This document shows positions 25,712 through 34,113 of a stretch of 55,901 bases of DNA, in pieces; within the stretch, counting starts at the first letter, position 1; each line of letters opens with the position of its first letter. The stretch comes from a virus. Position numbers and translations under genes: made by a program. The DNA lies in the IMG/VR virus record IMGVR_UViG_3300014039_000007, positions 1 to 55,901 of that record; one strand, 5' to 3'. The notes beneath the pieces are model-generated. The model was not told the DNA's origin. It searched no databases and was given only the letters and a program-made list of their open reading frames with translations.

Positions 25712-26143
25712 ATGGCTTTCAATGGAACATTGCTTACTGTAGGGACTTACAAATTTCCTATGGAGTATATTGAACACGGAACTTATACCGCTACATATAT
25801 CACATCTGATTCTAATAGTAAAAGAACAGCTTCGGGTATATTAGTGAGAGGTGTAGTTCCTCATCCTTCAATTAAAATATCTTTTAGCACAATAAATGGT
25901 TTGACCAATAAAGAAATCAATAAGGTGATGTCAAACATACAAACCCAGTATATAGCATCAGGAAATAATACAGCTCGTTTGGAAAAACGTGCACGTATAA
26001 CCGCTTTTGTACCAGAAATAAATAACCACATCACCCAATACTGTTACCTTAAACCCGACATGGAGTTTACTATTGACGAAATCGACGGCACTACTATATA
26101 CTACAGTACAGTGAGTTTCACATTCATAGGCTACGGAAATTAG
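25712..26143 (+). CDS. tail protein (distal-tail position)
   Basis: Position after the tape measure gene. Confidence 0.4.
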   Translation: MAFNGTLLTVGTYKFPMEYIEHGTYTATYITSDSNSKRTASGILVRGVVPHPSIKISFSTINGLTNKEINKVMSNIQTQYIASGNNTARLEKRARITAFVPEINNHITQYCYLKPDMEFTIDEIDGTTIYYSTVSFTFIGYGN

Positions 26144-26157
26144 GGGGATAGTGCAAT

Positions 26158-27219
26158 ATGAGCATAATCAATATGATGTTTTCCAACCCTTCTTTTACAA
26201 TAACAGAAACAAGTATTATTGGTGAAAATTTCAGTCTTACAGAATCAATATGCTCAACTTCACCGCTGATGTATGGAGGATGTGAGAATGGAAGTATTAA
26301 AGCCACTTTAGTGAGAAAGTCGAATTATTCAGATTTAGTAGGGAAAACTTTCTACTTAATATACGATGGTATAAATAAGGGATATTTCAAGGTGTATTCA
26401 TGTAAACCATCCACTGACAGAACTACACTTGAAATGGTAGCATATGGAACATCTTATGATTATTACGAAAGGGATATAAGTAGTTGGTATAACTCTTTTT
26501 TAGCCAATAATTCAAAAACTGTAAAAGCTATAAGAAATAATTTAACCAGTTATTTGGGTCTTATTGATGCAAGTACCACATTGATAAGTGATGATGTGGT
26601 TATCAAAGGTGGAAATACTGTTAGTGATGTCATTAAGTGTAGAGAAATGTTTAAAGCCATCGCTGAAATAAATGGACGATTTTGCCAAATAACCAACAGC
26701 GGTTCAACTGGTGTGGTTGGTTATAAGACTATTGAGGATGTAAGTACCAAGTACATATATCCAAGCACTACCTTATACCCAGGCGCAGAGTTATTCCCAT
26801 TTGAACAAGTAGTTAATAATGGGAATGTGTATTTTTCAATTGAGTATGAAGATTTCAAGACCAACCCTATTACAGACGTCCGAATCCAAAGCGGGTCAGC
26901 TGACTATCACTACGGTCCAGGCTATGGTGACCCTTTTAACTGTTACACAATCAAAAATAATGTGTTATTGCAAAATGTTGAAGCTACATCTTTAATGACT
27001 ATTGCACATAATTTTTTCGGTTATGCAAAAGGGCTGATATACCAGCCTGTCAATAATTTAGTGATGATACACGATAACTCATTGAATGTAGGGGATGTTT
27101 TAAGAATACAGACACTTGATGACGAAATAATAGATACAATCATATTGGAGAAAACTATTTCAGGTGTAAATATGTTAACGGACACAATTACAGCCAGAGG
27201 GGCATTTGTTTATAATTAA
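26158..27219 (+). CDS. tail/baseplate protein
   Basis: Position. Confidence 0.45.
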   Translation: MSIINMMFSNPSFTITETSIIGENFSLTESICSTSPLMYGGCENGSIKATLVRKSNYSDLVGKTFYLIYDGINKGYFKVYSCKPSTDRTTLEMVAYGTSYDYYERDISSWYNSFLANNSKTVKAIRNNLTSYLGLIDASTTLISDDVVIKGGNTVSDVIKCREMFKAIAEINGRFCQITNSGSTGVVGYKTIEDVSTKYIYPSTTLYPGAELFPFEQVVNNGNVYFSIEYEDFKTNPITDVRIQSGSADYHYGPGYGDPFNCYTIKNNVLLQNVEATSLMTIAHNFFGYAKGLIYQPVNNLVMIHDNSLNVGDVLRIQTLDDEIIDTIILEKTISGVNMLTDTITARGAFVYN

Positions 27220-27241
27220 TAAATAAAAGGAGGTTTAACTA

Positions 27242-29461
27242 ATGGAAGGATACACATTAATTAATTGGGAAAATTCGCCCAGCACACAAACTCCATTGTC
27301 CGCAGAAAATTTAAGCCATATGGACAATGGAATAAAAGTGGCTTATGACCTTATTCAAGGTATAAGAACAGATAACATACTTCATTCGGGTGCTGGTTCA
27401 TATGATAGTAATTACAATTTTATATTACTGGATATAGACGATTTCAATGCTGAGCTTGTAAAATCGGGGGATGTATTTGCAGTGACTTTTAACACCGGTT
27501 ACAATATACCCAAACCTGGCACAGACAGTCTTATGATACGCATTAACACCAATGCAATGATTGCAACAATAATCAATGTATATACTAATGTGTCAATAGT
27601 GCCAAATGATGTATTATATCTTATATATTCTGCATCAAATAACACGTTTATCCCGATAAATTTAATACTGGGGCAGATTAATACTATTAACGAACAACTG
27701 GATGATTTGATGGTTCAATTAATTCCTCTGGAGAGTAGGTTAAACTCCTTGCAAGCAGACAACATAGCAGTGACAGGCACGTTGAAATATTCAGAAAATT
27801 CACTCACGTTGACAACTCCGTATAAAGGTACATCATTACCAACCATGCCTTTCGTATGTTACGGGCTCGCACTGAACAACATGACTGTTGTCAATGGTAA
27901 TTCCTTTTATATTTCGGCTGATAATGTATTTGCACAAAAGAGTATAACTAACAATAAGATTAATATAACTGCTAACAAATTCATTAAAATAACTGTCAGT
28001 TCAGCTGGAGCAAGTATTAACAGCGTAAACAGCTTTTATGGCATGGAGCCTAGTATAATACAGGATTTACAGGACAGTTTAAAATCCATAACAAATATTT
28101 CAAGAGACTTAGCAGAACTTGAAGACAGTGTGGAGACGGAAATAAATGATTTGACCCAGCGCAATACTGCTACCGAAAAAGCTATTGCGGAATTAAAGGA
28201 CAAAAAAATTACAAAATTTTATGCGAATAGTTTAGGTCAAAGTACATTAAATGATTCTGACAATGGAACAATTGTTGACATGAAAATATTTGGTAAGGGT
28301 GAACAAGACCTAACAGATAACCCACCTAGCCCTAATAATCCTAAAGACATCAAATACGTTAAATTTTCATCAATAACAATTTGTGGTAAAAACATATTTG
28401 CATTTAATGTAACTGCTTATGATAGAACAGCTGAACTTAGACCTAATGCTACACAAAGATTAATTTTAACAAAAATTAATGATAATGAGATTAAATGTGC
28501 ATATAATGGTGGAAACAATTCCTGGGGTTATATTGTGATACCGGGGGTGGATGGTACTCTGAATTATAAAATTACATATAAAGTTAAAGAAAACAACACT
28601 GTATATGCGCCTACGTTAAAAAAAGCTGTTAACGTTAGTAGTGATAAAACTAAACTTATATTGGTGGCTGTTGGGGGTAATGCATCAGCTAATGTGTCTA
28701 ATGATAAGTACTTTATATTATCAAATATTCAAGTTGAACAATCGAGTGTTGCTACAGAATATGCACCATACAGTGGTGAAACCGTTCAACTTAGTAATGA
28801 CCTATACGGAATACCTGTCACGTCAGGTGGTAATGTCACAATTGATAATCAACAATATGTTTCAGACTATATAGACGTAGATACACAGAAACATACGCAT
28901 TGCGTAGACATGTATCGAATACAAGGTACAGAAAATATTTACGCACATAGTTCTGGATGGATATATTGTGAAATATCTGCCAAGTATAAAGCTGATGTTG
29001 ACATATTATGCAATGTTGCCCTACACACAAGAGATATATCACAGACTACTGGAAACTACATAAGAAGTGGTTCAGCGGGTGTGTACTTTAGTTATAATGA
29101 TGTCTTTAAAACCGTAGACGATTTTAAAACTTATGTTCAAAGTAATATTGTTGATGTGTTACTTCAACTAAATACACCTATGGAATTTAATGAAATGCTA
29201 GTTTTACCTCTACAGTCAGCGAAAACACAATATCCTACCACCAACATAATAATTAGGAGTGACAGCAGGGATGGATTACTCGGGTATTCCACATTCAATT
29301 ATCCTGTATCAATGAAAAATGGATGGGATTATGTCAAACAGCAAATCAATGATAACAGGGATTATATCTATGACATGGAACTGCAATCCCTTAAATCATA
29401 CATTAACAGCGAGTATGCTGTAGCTCTTACAGAATTGGAGGTGGACAATAATGCTGTATAA
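27242..29461 (+). CDS. tail fiber / receptor-binding protein
   Basis: 739 aa, central coiled-coil segment. Last large structural gene. Confidence 0.5.
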   Translation: MEGYTLINWENSPSTQTPLSAENLSHMDNGIKVAYDLIQGIRTDNILHSGAGSYDSNYNFILLDIDDFNAELVKSGDVFAVTFNTGYNIPKPGTDSLMIRINTNAMIATIINVYTNVSIVPNDVLYLIYSASNNTFIPINLILGQINTINEQLDDLMVQLIPLESRLNSLQADNIAVTGTLKYSENSLTLTTPYKGTSLPTMPFVCYGLALNNMTVVNGNSFYISADNVFAQKSITNNKINITANKFIKITVSSAGASINSVNSFYGMEPSIIQDLQDSLKSITNISRDLAELEDSVETEINDLTQRNTATEKAIAELKDKKITKFYANSLGQSTLNDSDNGTIVDMKIFGKGEQDLTDNPPSPNNPKDIKYVKFSSITICGKNIFAFNVTAYDRTAELRPNATQRLILTKINDNEIKCAYNGGNNSWGYIVIPGVDGTLNYKITYKVKENNTVYAPTLKKAVNVSSDKTKLILVAVGGNASANVSNDKYFILSNIQVEQSSVATEYAPYSGETVQLSNDLYGIPVTSGGNVTIDNQQYVSDYIDVDTQKHTHCVDMYRIQGTENIYAHSSGWIYCEISAKYKADVDILCNVALHTRDISQTTGNYIRSGSAGVYFSYNDVFKTVDDFKTYVQSNIVDVLLQLNTPMEFNEMLVLPLQSAKTQYPTTNIIIRSDSRDGLLGYSTFNYPVSMKNGWDYVKQQINDNRDYIYDMELQSLKSYINSEYAVALTELEVDNNAV

Positions 29462-29609
29462 ATCACTTGTTAAGCTCAAAGAAATCACTGGATTGACAGA
29501 GGAACTTAAAAAGAAGATTGATGTATTCTATGCGCTTGACCATATTACTGAAATACAGTACAGGTCATTAATGAATGAACAATCTGAAACTGTTGATTAT
29601 GTGAATTAA
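29451..29609 (+). CDS. XkdX-like small protein (52 aa)
   Basis: Overlaps the fiber gene stop. Typical position between fiber and lysis genes. Confidence 0.35.
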   Translation: MLYKSLVKLKEITGLTEELKKKIDVFYALDHITEIQYRSLMNEQSETVDYVN

Positions 29610-29612
29610 TTA

Positions 29613-29641
29613 TTGTATTATTCAGCACGTAATGTTATAAT
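29613..29641 (+). promoter_or_regulatory. promoter of the lysis cassette (TTGTAT-17-TATAAT, TG-extended)
   Basis: TTGTAT 29613-18, TGTTATAAT ending at 29641. Confidence 0.5.
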
Positions 29642-29663
29642 ACAGTAAGAGGAGGTTATGTTA

Positions 29664-30182
29664 ATGTTTAGAATTAAAAAGTTGCGAGCTAAACCAGTAA
29701 GTTATGATTCCGCTAAACGGAATCGGGCGGACGTAAAGTACATTGTAATACATTGGACAGGTAATACAAAAGATACTGCAAAAAATAATGCCGTGTATTT
29801 TGCAACAAATAACACTCGTCAAGCTGGGGCACACCTATTTATTGACCAAAAAGGCAATATCATTAAGTCTGTCAGTCTTAATCACGCCGCATGGTCTGTA
29901 GGTGGGGGATTATTTACCAAATGTAATGGGGCGGCAAAGTATTTTAAAAAATGCACAAATCACAATTCAGTGTCAGTTGAGTTGTGTGCGTTTACACCAG
30001 AATATCCAAAAAAGCAAGCAAAGGCTGTCAAAAAAGCTATAAAATACATAAGGAAATATTGCCCTAATGCTACAACAGTGATACGTCATTGGGATGTTAA
30101 TGGTAAAGATTGTCCACATGGTATGACAGGTCATAGTAATGAAACGTGGGTTAAATTTCTACGTGATATAGGGGAGATGTGA
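29664..30182 (+). CDS. endolysin, N-acetylmuramoyl-L-alanine amidase (Amidase_2/PGRP-type), catalytic domain only
   Basis: VKYIVIHWTGNT...AGAHLFIDQKGNI...SVSVELC...RHWDVNGKDCP. Confidence 0.85.
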   Translation: MFRIKKLRAKPVSYDSAKRNRADVKYIVIHWTGNTKDTAKNNAVYFATNNTRQAGAHLFIDQKGNIIKSVSLNHAAWSVGGGLFTKCNGAAKYFKKCTNHNSVSVELCAFTPEYPKKQAKAVKKAIKYIRKYCPNATTVIRHWDVNGKDCPHGMTGHSNETWVKFLRDIGEM

Positions 30183-30427
30183 CGATGTATGAATCTATAT
30201 TAGTAGCCTTGATAACTGGCGGATTAACATTATTGGGTACCATTATATCAAATACTGCTAGTCACAGTAAAACCATGTATCGAATAGAACAGCTTGAAAA
30301 GAAGCAGGAGATACATAACAGTGTGATTGAAAGGATGTATTGCGCAGAGAAAGCCATAGAAATTTTAGACACTAAGGTTAAAGTCGCAGACCATCGACTG
30401 GATGACTTGGAAAGTGAGGTGAAATGA
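30179..30427 (+). CDS. membrane protein with coiled coil (XhlA-like lysis accessory)
   Basis: N-terminal TM ILVALITGGLTLLGTIISN followed by a coiled coil. Confidence 0.45.
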   Translation: MTMYESILVALITGGLTLLGTIISNTASHSKTMYRIEQLEKKQEIHNSVIERMYCAEKAIEILDTKVKVADHRLDDLESEVK

Positions 30428-30627
30428 CAATGAGTGATAAACTGTATGACAAATTAAAATGGACAGCATTAGTAGCGTTGCCTGCTTTGACCACATTTTA
30501 CGGCGTAGTAGGGGCAACGTGTAACATACCCTACACACAGGAAACATTAACCATAGCTGTCGCATTTGACACTATGTTAGGCACTATGTTAGGAATAAGC
30601 AATTCTGTATATAAAAAGAAAGGCTGA
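30424..30627 (+). CDS. holin (Dp-1/LL-H-like)
   Basis: KLYDKLKWTALVALPALTTFYGVVGATCNIPY... The alternative start ATG 30430 has better SD spacing. Confidence 0.7.
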   Translation: MTMSDKLYDKLKWTALVALPALTTFYGVVGATCNIPYTQETLTIAVAFDTMLGTMLGISNSVYKKKG

Positions 30628-30632
30628 CAATC

Positions 30633-30884
30633 ATGGATAGTGGAAATTTAGCAACTGAATTATTATCAACCCTTAAGGGTTCAATTAAAAGACTGTATGT
30701 TGCAATATTGATACTTATAATACTACTATTTGCTTCCAATGTGGCGTGGTTATACACGTGGAATCTACCTCGGGAAGAATCAACTTCTGAATCTTATGAC
30801 ATACAAGCCGAAGATGATGGGAACGCAGTATTTAATGAAAATGGGGGTGTTAATATTGGCACGAGTGAGAGTGACGAAGACTAG
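30633..30884 (+). CDS. small membrane protein with acidic tail
   Basis: One TM segment. ORF track. Confidence 0.4.
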   Translation: MDSGNLATELLSTLKGSIKRLYVAILILIILLFASNVAWLYTWNLPREESTSESYDIQAEDDGNAVFNENGGVNIGTSESDED

Positions 30885-30935
30885 GACGATAAAACGTACC
30901 AACAGACCTCGCTCCAGAAGGAGAACGAGAAGAAG

Positions 30936-31136
30936 ATGACGATTTCAGACTTTACGAAACCGGAACTGGACTATTTTCGTGCTAACTGTAATTTTGTAAA
31001 TTATGAATTACAGTTATTTGAGCAACGAGCAAAGGGTATTTCATTGGAGCAAATTGCAGAAAGTCTGAACATATCTTATGATTATGCAAGGCACTTAAGC
31101 CGAAAGGTTAATAAAAAGATAATAAGTGTGTTATAG
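30936..31136 (+). CDS. small HTH DNA-binding protein (sigma-70 region 4 / LuxR-like)
   Basis: GISLEQIAESLNISYDYARHLSRKVNKKI. Confidence 0.5.
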   Translation: MTISDFTKPELDYFRANCNFVNYELQLFEQRAKGISLEQIAESLNISYDYARHLSRKVNKKIISVL

Positions 31137-31161
31137 TTAATTCTCCGGCTATGACACTTTT

Positions 31162-31199
31162 AGAACACATTCGTTACATTGTGAATGTGTTCTTTTTTA
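31162..31199 (+). terminator. rho-independent terminator (end of late/lysis operon)
   Basis: AGAACACATTC / GAATGTGTTCT 11-bp stem followed by TTTTTT. Confidence 0.8.
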
Positions 31200-31235
31200 T
31201 TTATAATAAAAACATAAAAGAGAGGCGGTGTGTTA

Positions 31236-31397
31236 ATGAATCTGAATTCCATTTTAAACGATAATGAAATACAAGATATACCTATATTGTATGTATTACG
31301 CATTATAACCGCTATCCAAAGGGAGGATATATTAAGAAATGAATCCTGTCGTGCTCGTAAAAAATTATTTAATGTTAATGAATCAATTAAGGAGTGA
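31236..31397 (+). CDS. small protein (53 aa), first gene of the accessory cassette
   Basis: Open + frame with an AGAGAGG RBS-like site. Below the ORF-track cutoff. Confidence 0.35.
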   Translation: MNLNSILNDNEIQDIPILYVLRIITAIQREDILRNESCRARKKLFNVNESIKE

Positions 31398-31402
31398 TAT
31401 AG

Positions 31403-31807
31403 ATGTTTCAAAATCCATATGCAAACCTGTTAGCACAGAATCAATATTACAATCCACAAATGAACAACCAACAAATTTATCCGCAAGAGCAAACGCAAAG
31501 TCTTATTAGAGTTAATGGCATAGATGGTGCAAAAACTTATCAAATGAGTGCTAATTCTACTGTTGCTCTGTTCGATTCTAACGATGATATAATGTACATC
31601 AAGTCAACAGATGGAGCAGGATTTCCATCTATAAGAACATTTTCATTTACTGAAATAAAAGAACAAGCTAAACCTGTGCAACAGGTTGATTATATTAGTC
31701 GTGAAGAATTTGAAGAGTTTAAAAAGGAGTTGATGAACAATGGCAAGCAGTCTATTTCAAGGTCAAAATCAAACCTCAACACAGCAGATAAATCCACAGA
31801 TAATTAA
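31403..31807 (+). CDS. Q/N-rich protein, GerQ-like architecture (tentative)
   Basis: AAGGAG RBS. N-terminal QNQYYNPQMNNQQIYPQEQTQ, then SLIRVNGIDGAKTY...DDIMYIKSTDG. Confidence 0.45.
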   Translation: MFQNPYANLLAQNQYYNPQMNNQQIYPQEQTQSLIRVNGIDGAKTYQMSANSTVALFDSNDDIMYIKSTDGAGFPSIRTFSFTEIKEQAKPVQQVDYISREEFEEFKKELMNNGKQSISRSKSNLNTADKSTDN

Positions 31808-31958
31808 TCAAGCAAAAGCTATGATGGGAAACATGAATCAGCTTAGAGGAATAATGGGAATGTTGAGTGGCAAGGGAATGAACCCGGAACAGGCAGTTCG
31901 TTCTATATGTCAGCAAAGGGGCATAGATGTAGATACGTTTATGTCACAATTAAAATAG
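31740..31958 (+). CDS. Q/M-rich small protein (72 aa), overlaps the upstream gene by 68 nt
   Basis: AAGGAG lies 10 nt upstream of ATG 31740. Confidence 0.4.
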   Translation: MASSLFQGQNQTSTQQINPQIINQAKAMMGNMNQLRGIMGMLSGKGMNPEQAVRSICQQRGIDVDTFMSQLK

Positions 31959-32005
31959 GAATTTGCAAATTCAAATAAATATTAAAAGGAAAGAGGTGTC
32001 ATAAT

Positions 32006-32611
32006 ATGACAGATGGAGTATCATTAGCAGATATCGCCGCAGTGACAGACAAAGCCGACAATAATATGTTCGGTGGTGCAGGTGGTGGCGGAATGTGGAT
32101 TTTCGCACTTTTAATCCTGCTACTTATCGGGGGCGGCGGTAGCGGTTTCTTCGGTGCTGGTAAGAATGGAGCAGTTACAGAAGCAGGACTTTGTAATGCT
32201 ATGAATTTTAACGACTTGCAGAACTCTGTAGGTAGACTGAACGACAGTCTCCAGCATGACTACATGGGACTACAGAATGGAATCTGTAACTTAGGTTATG
32301 AAACACTGAGAAACTTCAATACAGTTCAGCAACAGGTTGCCGATTGCTGTTGCACAACACAGAGAGCCATTGATGGTGTAAACTATAATGGAGCTATCAA
32401 CACAGCGGCTATCAATGCCAACACAACAGCTCAGACACAGAAGATTTTGGATGCTATGGCACAGAATAAGATTGAGAGCTTACAGGCTCAGGTGAACCAG
32501 CTTCAACTTCAGTCAGCTATGTGTGGAGTGATTAGATATCCAAACGCAACCACTTACACAGCTGGTTTCAGTCCAGCATTTGCAAATGGTTGCGGATGTG
32601 CAAACATCTAA
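32006..32611 (+). CDS. Gly-rich/TM N-terminus, Cys-rich coiled-coil protein (YjcZ-like N-terminus, tentative)
   Basis: FGGAGGGGMWIFALLILLLIGGGGSGFFG. CCC triplet. C-terminal GCGCANI. Confidence 0.5.
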   Translation: MTDGVSLADIAAVTDKADNNMFGGAGGGGMWIFALLILLLIGGGGSGFFGAGKNGAVTEAGLCNAMNFNDLQNSVGRLNDSLQHDYMGLQNGICNLGYETLRNFNTVQQQVADCCCTTQRAIDGVNYNGAINTAAINANTTAQTQKILDAMAQNKIESLQAQVNQLQLQSAMCGVIRYPNATTYTAGFSPAFANGCGCANI

Positions 32612-32654
32612 ATTAAATATTGTAACTGAGCATATTAGTATGCCAATATTAAGG

Positions 32655-32683
32655 GAGGGTACTAATATAGTATCCTCTTTTTT
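32655..32683 (+). terminator. internal terminator/attenuator
   Basis: GAGGGTAC / GTATCCTC stem (one G-U) followed by TTTTTT. Confidence 0.5.
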
Positions 32684-32702
32684 AGTGAAAGGAGAAATAA
32701 TT

Positions 32703-33113
32703 ATGTTAGAAGCATATTCAAAAAATCAAACAATTCCTGCAACAACAGGTATCTTACCTTTTAACTCTATAACACTTAAAAAGGGATGTACAGCTGAACT
32801 TAATGGAACAACTACAATCCAGCTTAATAAATGTGGTGTGTATGAGGTTATCTTTAATGCTACAGCACTTGCAACAACAGCTGGAAATATAACTGTTGGA
32901 ATGACTAAAAACGGAGTAGCACAGCCACAGGCTACAAGAACAATCACAGGAGCTACAGTAGCAACTTCTGTAAATGTTCCTATAGCTACACTTGTACAGG
33001 TAACAGATAATGATTCTTGCAGATGTTGTGATGCTCCTACAATCTTACAGTTTATCAATACTGGTGTAGCTTGGGCAGGTGATATTGATGTTGTTATAAC
33101 TAAGATTTGCTAG
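32703..33113 (+). CDS. BclA C-terminal-domain-like (C1q/TNF-like) protein
   Basis: AAAGGAG RBS before ATG 32703. Pattern PFN...G.Y.V.FNATA...ITV.M.KNGV...ATLVQVT...VVITKIC resembles the exosporium BclA C-terminal domain. Confidence 0.5.
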   Translation: MLEAYSKNQTIPATTGILPFNSITLKKGCTAELNGTTTIQLNKCGVYEVIFNATALATTAGNITVGMTKNGVAQPQATRTITGATVATSVNVPIATLVQVTDNDSCRCCDAPTILQFINTGVAWAGDIDVVITKIC

Positions 33114-33125
33114 GAGGTATTAATT

Positions 33126-33425
33126 ATGACAAAGATTAAGAAACTGGCAGAGCATATAGAAGAAGAGCTTTGTGGAGCTAAAGACTACGCAGAGAAGTAT
33201 GTTGAGTGCAAAGCTAAAGGCGATATGCAATGGGCTAATCGTTATAAAGAAATGGCTAATGATGAGCTTAAACATGCAGGCTATCTTCATGATAAAGCTG
33301 TTCTTGAAATAGAACAGATAGGAAAAGTATTTAAGCCTACAGAAGAGATGGAAGAGAAGTGGGAACATTCCCACAAGAAATTTGTGGAGCATACGGCTTG
33401 GATTAAGCAGATGTTAGCTATGTAA
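33126..33425 (+). CDS. small four-helix, ferritin-like protein (two E..ExxH-type motifs)
   Basis: EEELCGAKDY...ANDELKHAG and MEEKWEHSHKKFVEH. Confidence 0.4.
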   Translation: MTKIKKLAEHIEEELCGAKDYAEKYVECKAKGDMQWANRYKEMANDELKHAGYLHDKAVLEIEQIGKVFKPTEEMEEKWEHSHKKFVEHTAWIKQMLAM

Positions 33426-33436
33426 AGGGTGATTAT

Positions 33437-33772
33437 ATGACATTCAATGAAAGTATTCCTATTGCTAAAGAGTTGGCAGAAAATGAATTAAAGAGACATT
33501 TTGATGCAGATGCTTTTATAATTCTTGCATTAATCGACAAGATGAATATTGATTTAGTCCCTGAAAGCAATGTTGATGAAACTATTACAGACATTCAAGG
33601 CTTGTTTGTTAATTATATGCACAATAGAAGTATCAGCAATCTTGAAGTATTAATGTCTACTATTAGGAAGATGTTGAGTGAATTATATCACACTTGCACG
33701 ACAGAGGAAAAGGAAGTATTCACTAAGTATCTATCTAATTTAGAGAATATTATAAATGTTACATTGGTCTAA
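33437..33772 (+). CDS. hypothetical protein (111 aa)
   Basis: ORF track. Confidence 0.5.
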   Translation: MTFNESIPIAKELAENELKRHFDADAFIILALIDKMNIDLVPESNVDETITDIQGLFVNYMHNRSISNLEVLMSTIRKMLSELYHTCTTEEKEVFTKYLSNLENIINVTLV

Positions 33773-33783
33773 CGCTTTTTTAT

Positions 33784-33818
33784 AAAGGCTGGAATTAATT
33801 TTCCAGCTTTTATTTTTT
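33784..33818 (+). terminator. rho-independent terminator
   Basis: GCTGGAA / TTCCAGC stem, extendable, followed by TTTTATTTTTT. Confidence 0.75.
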
Positions 33819-33836
33819 GGCACTGTATAAAATCAC

Positions 33837-33865
33837 TTGACATACATATTTGTATGTGTTACAAT
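33837..33865 (+). promoter_or_regulatory. early promoter copy P3
   Basis: TTGACA 33837-42, TACAAT 33860-65. Confidence 0.75.
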
Positions 33866-33900
33866 ACAAATATGTTAAAAAGAAAGGAATGAATTAATAA

Positions 33901-34050
33901 ATGTGTAGATTCAAAGTTAATTGGGTATCAAACGGAACAGAAATCTCAACCTGTTTTAATACATATTGGGAAGCATTATCAAGATATAATCAAATGAGAA
34001 TGTGGACTAGGAGATGCGAACTTGAAGACACGAAAAAAAAGGAATTTTAA
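33901..34050 (+). CDS. small protein (49 aa) after P3
   Basis: MCRFKVNWVSNGTEISTCFNTYWEALSRYNQ... Weak RBS. Confidence 0.35.
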   Translation: MCRFKVNWVSNGTEISTCFNTYWEALSRYNQMRMWTRRCELEDTKKKEF

Positions 34051-34113
34051 GAAAAACATACATGAGAAAATTACCAGATAATATTCATTATGAAAGAGTG
34101 GAGGAATTAGTAA

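Noticed and set aside
30730-30939. Alternative-frame ORF ending in an Arg-rich tail (…RPRSRRRTRRR) nested in and after 30633..30884.
   Set aside because: It has no SD and overlaps a membrane-protein ORF that has proper start signals. Its 3' part coincides with the SD region of 30936..31136. It is probably a chance ORF.
31160-31411. 83-aa minus-strand ORF in the gap after the lysis cassette.
   Set aside because: It runs through the strong + strand terminator hairpin (31162-31199). It is opposite a + strand 53-codon ORF (31236..31397) that fits the operon layout better.
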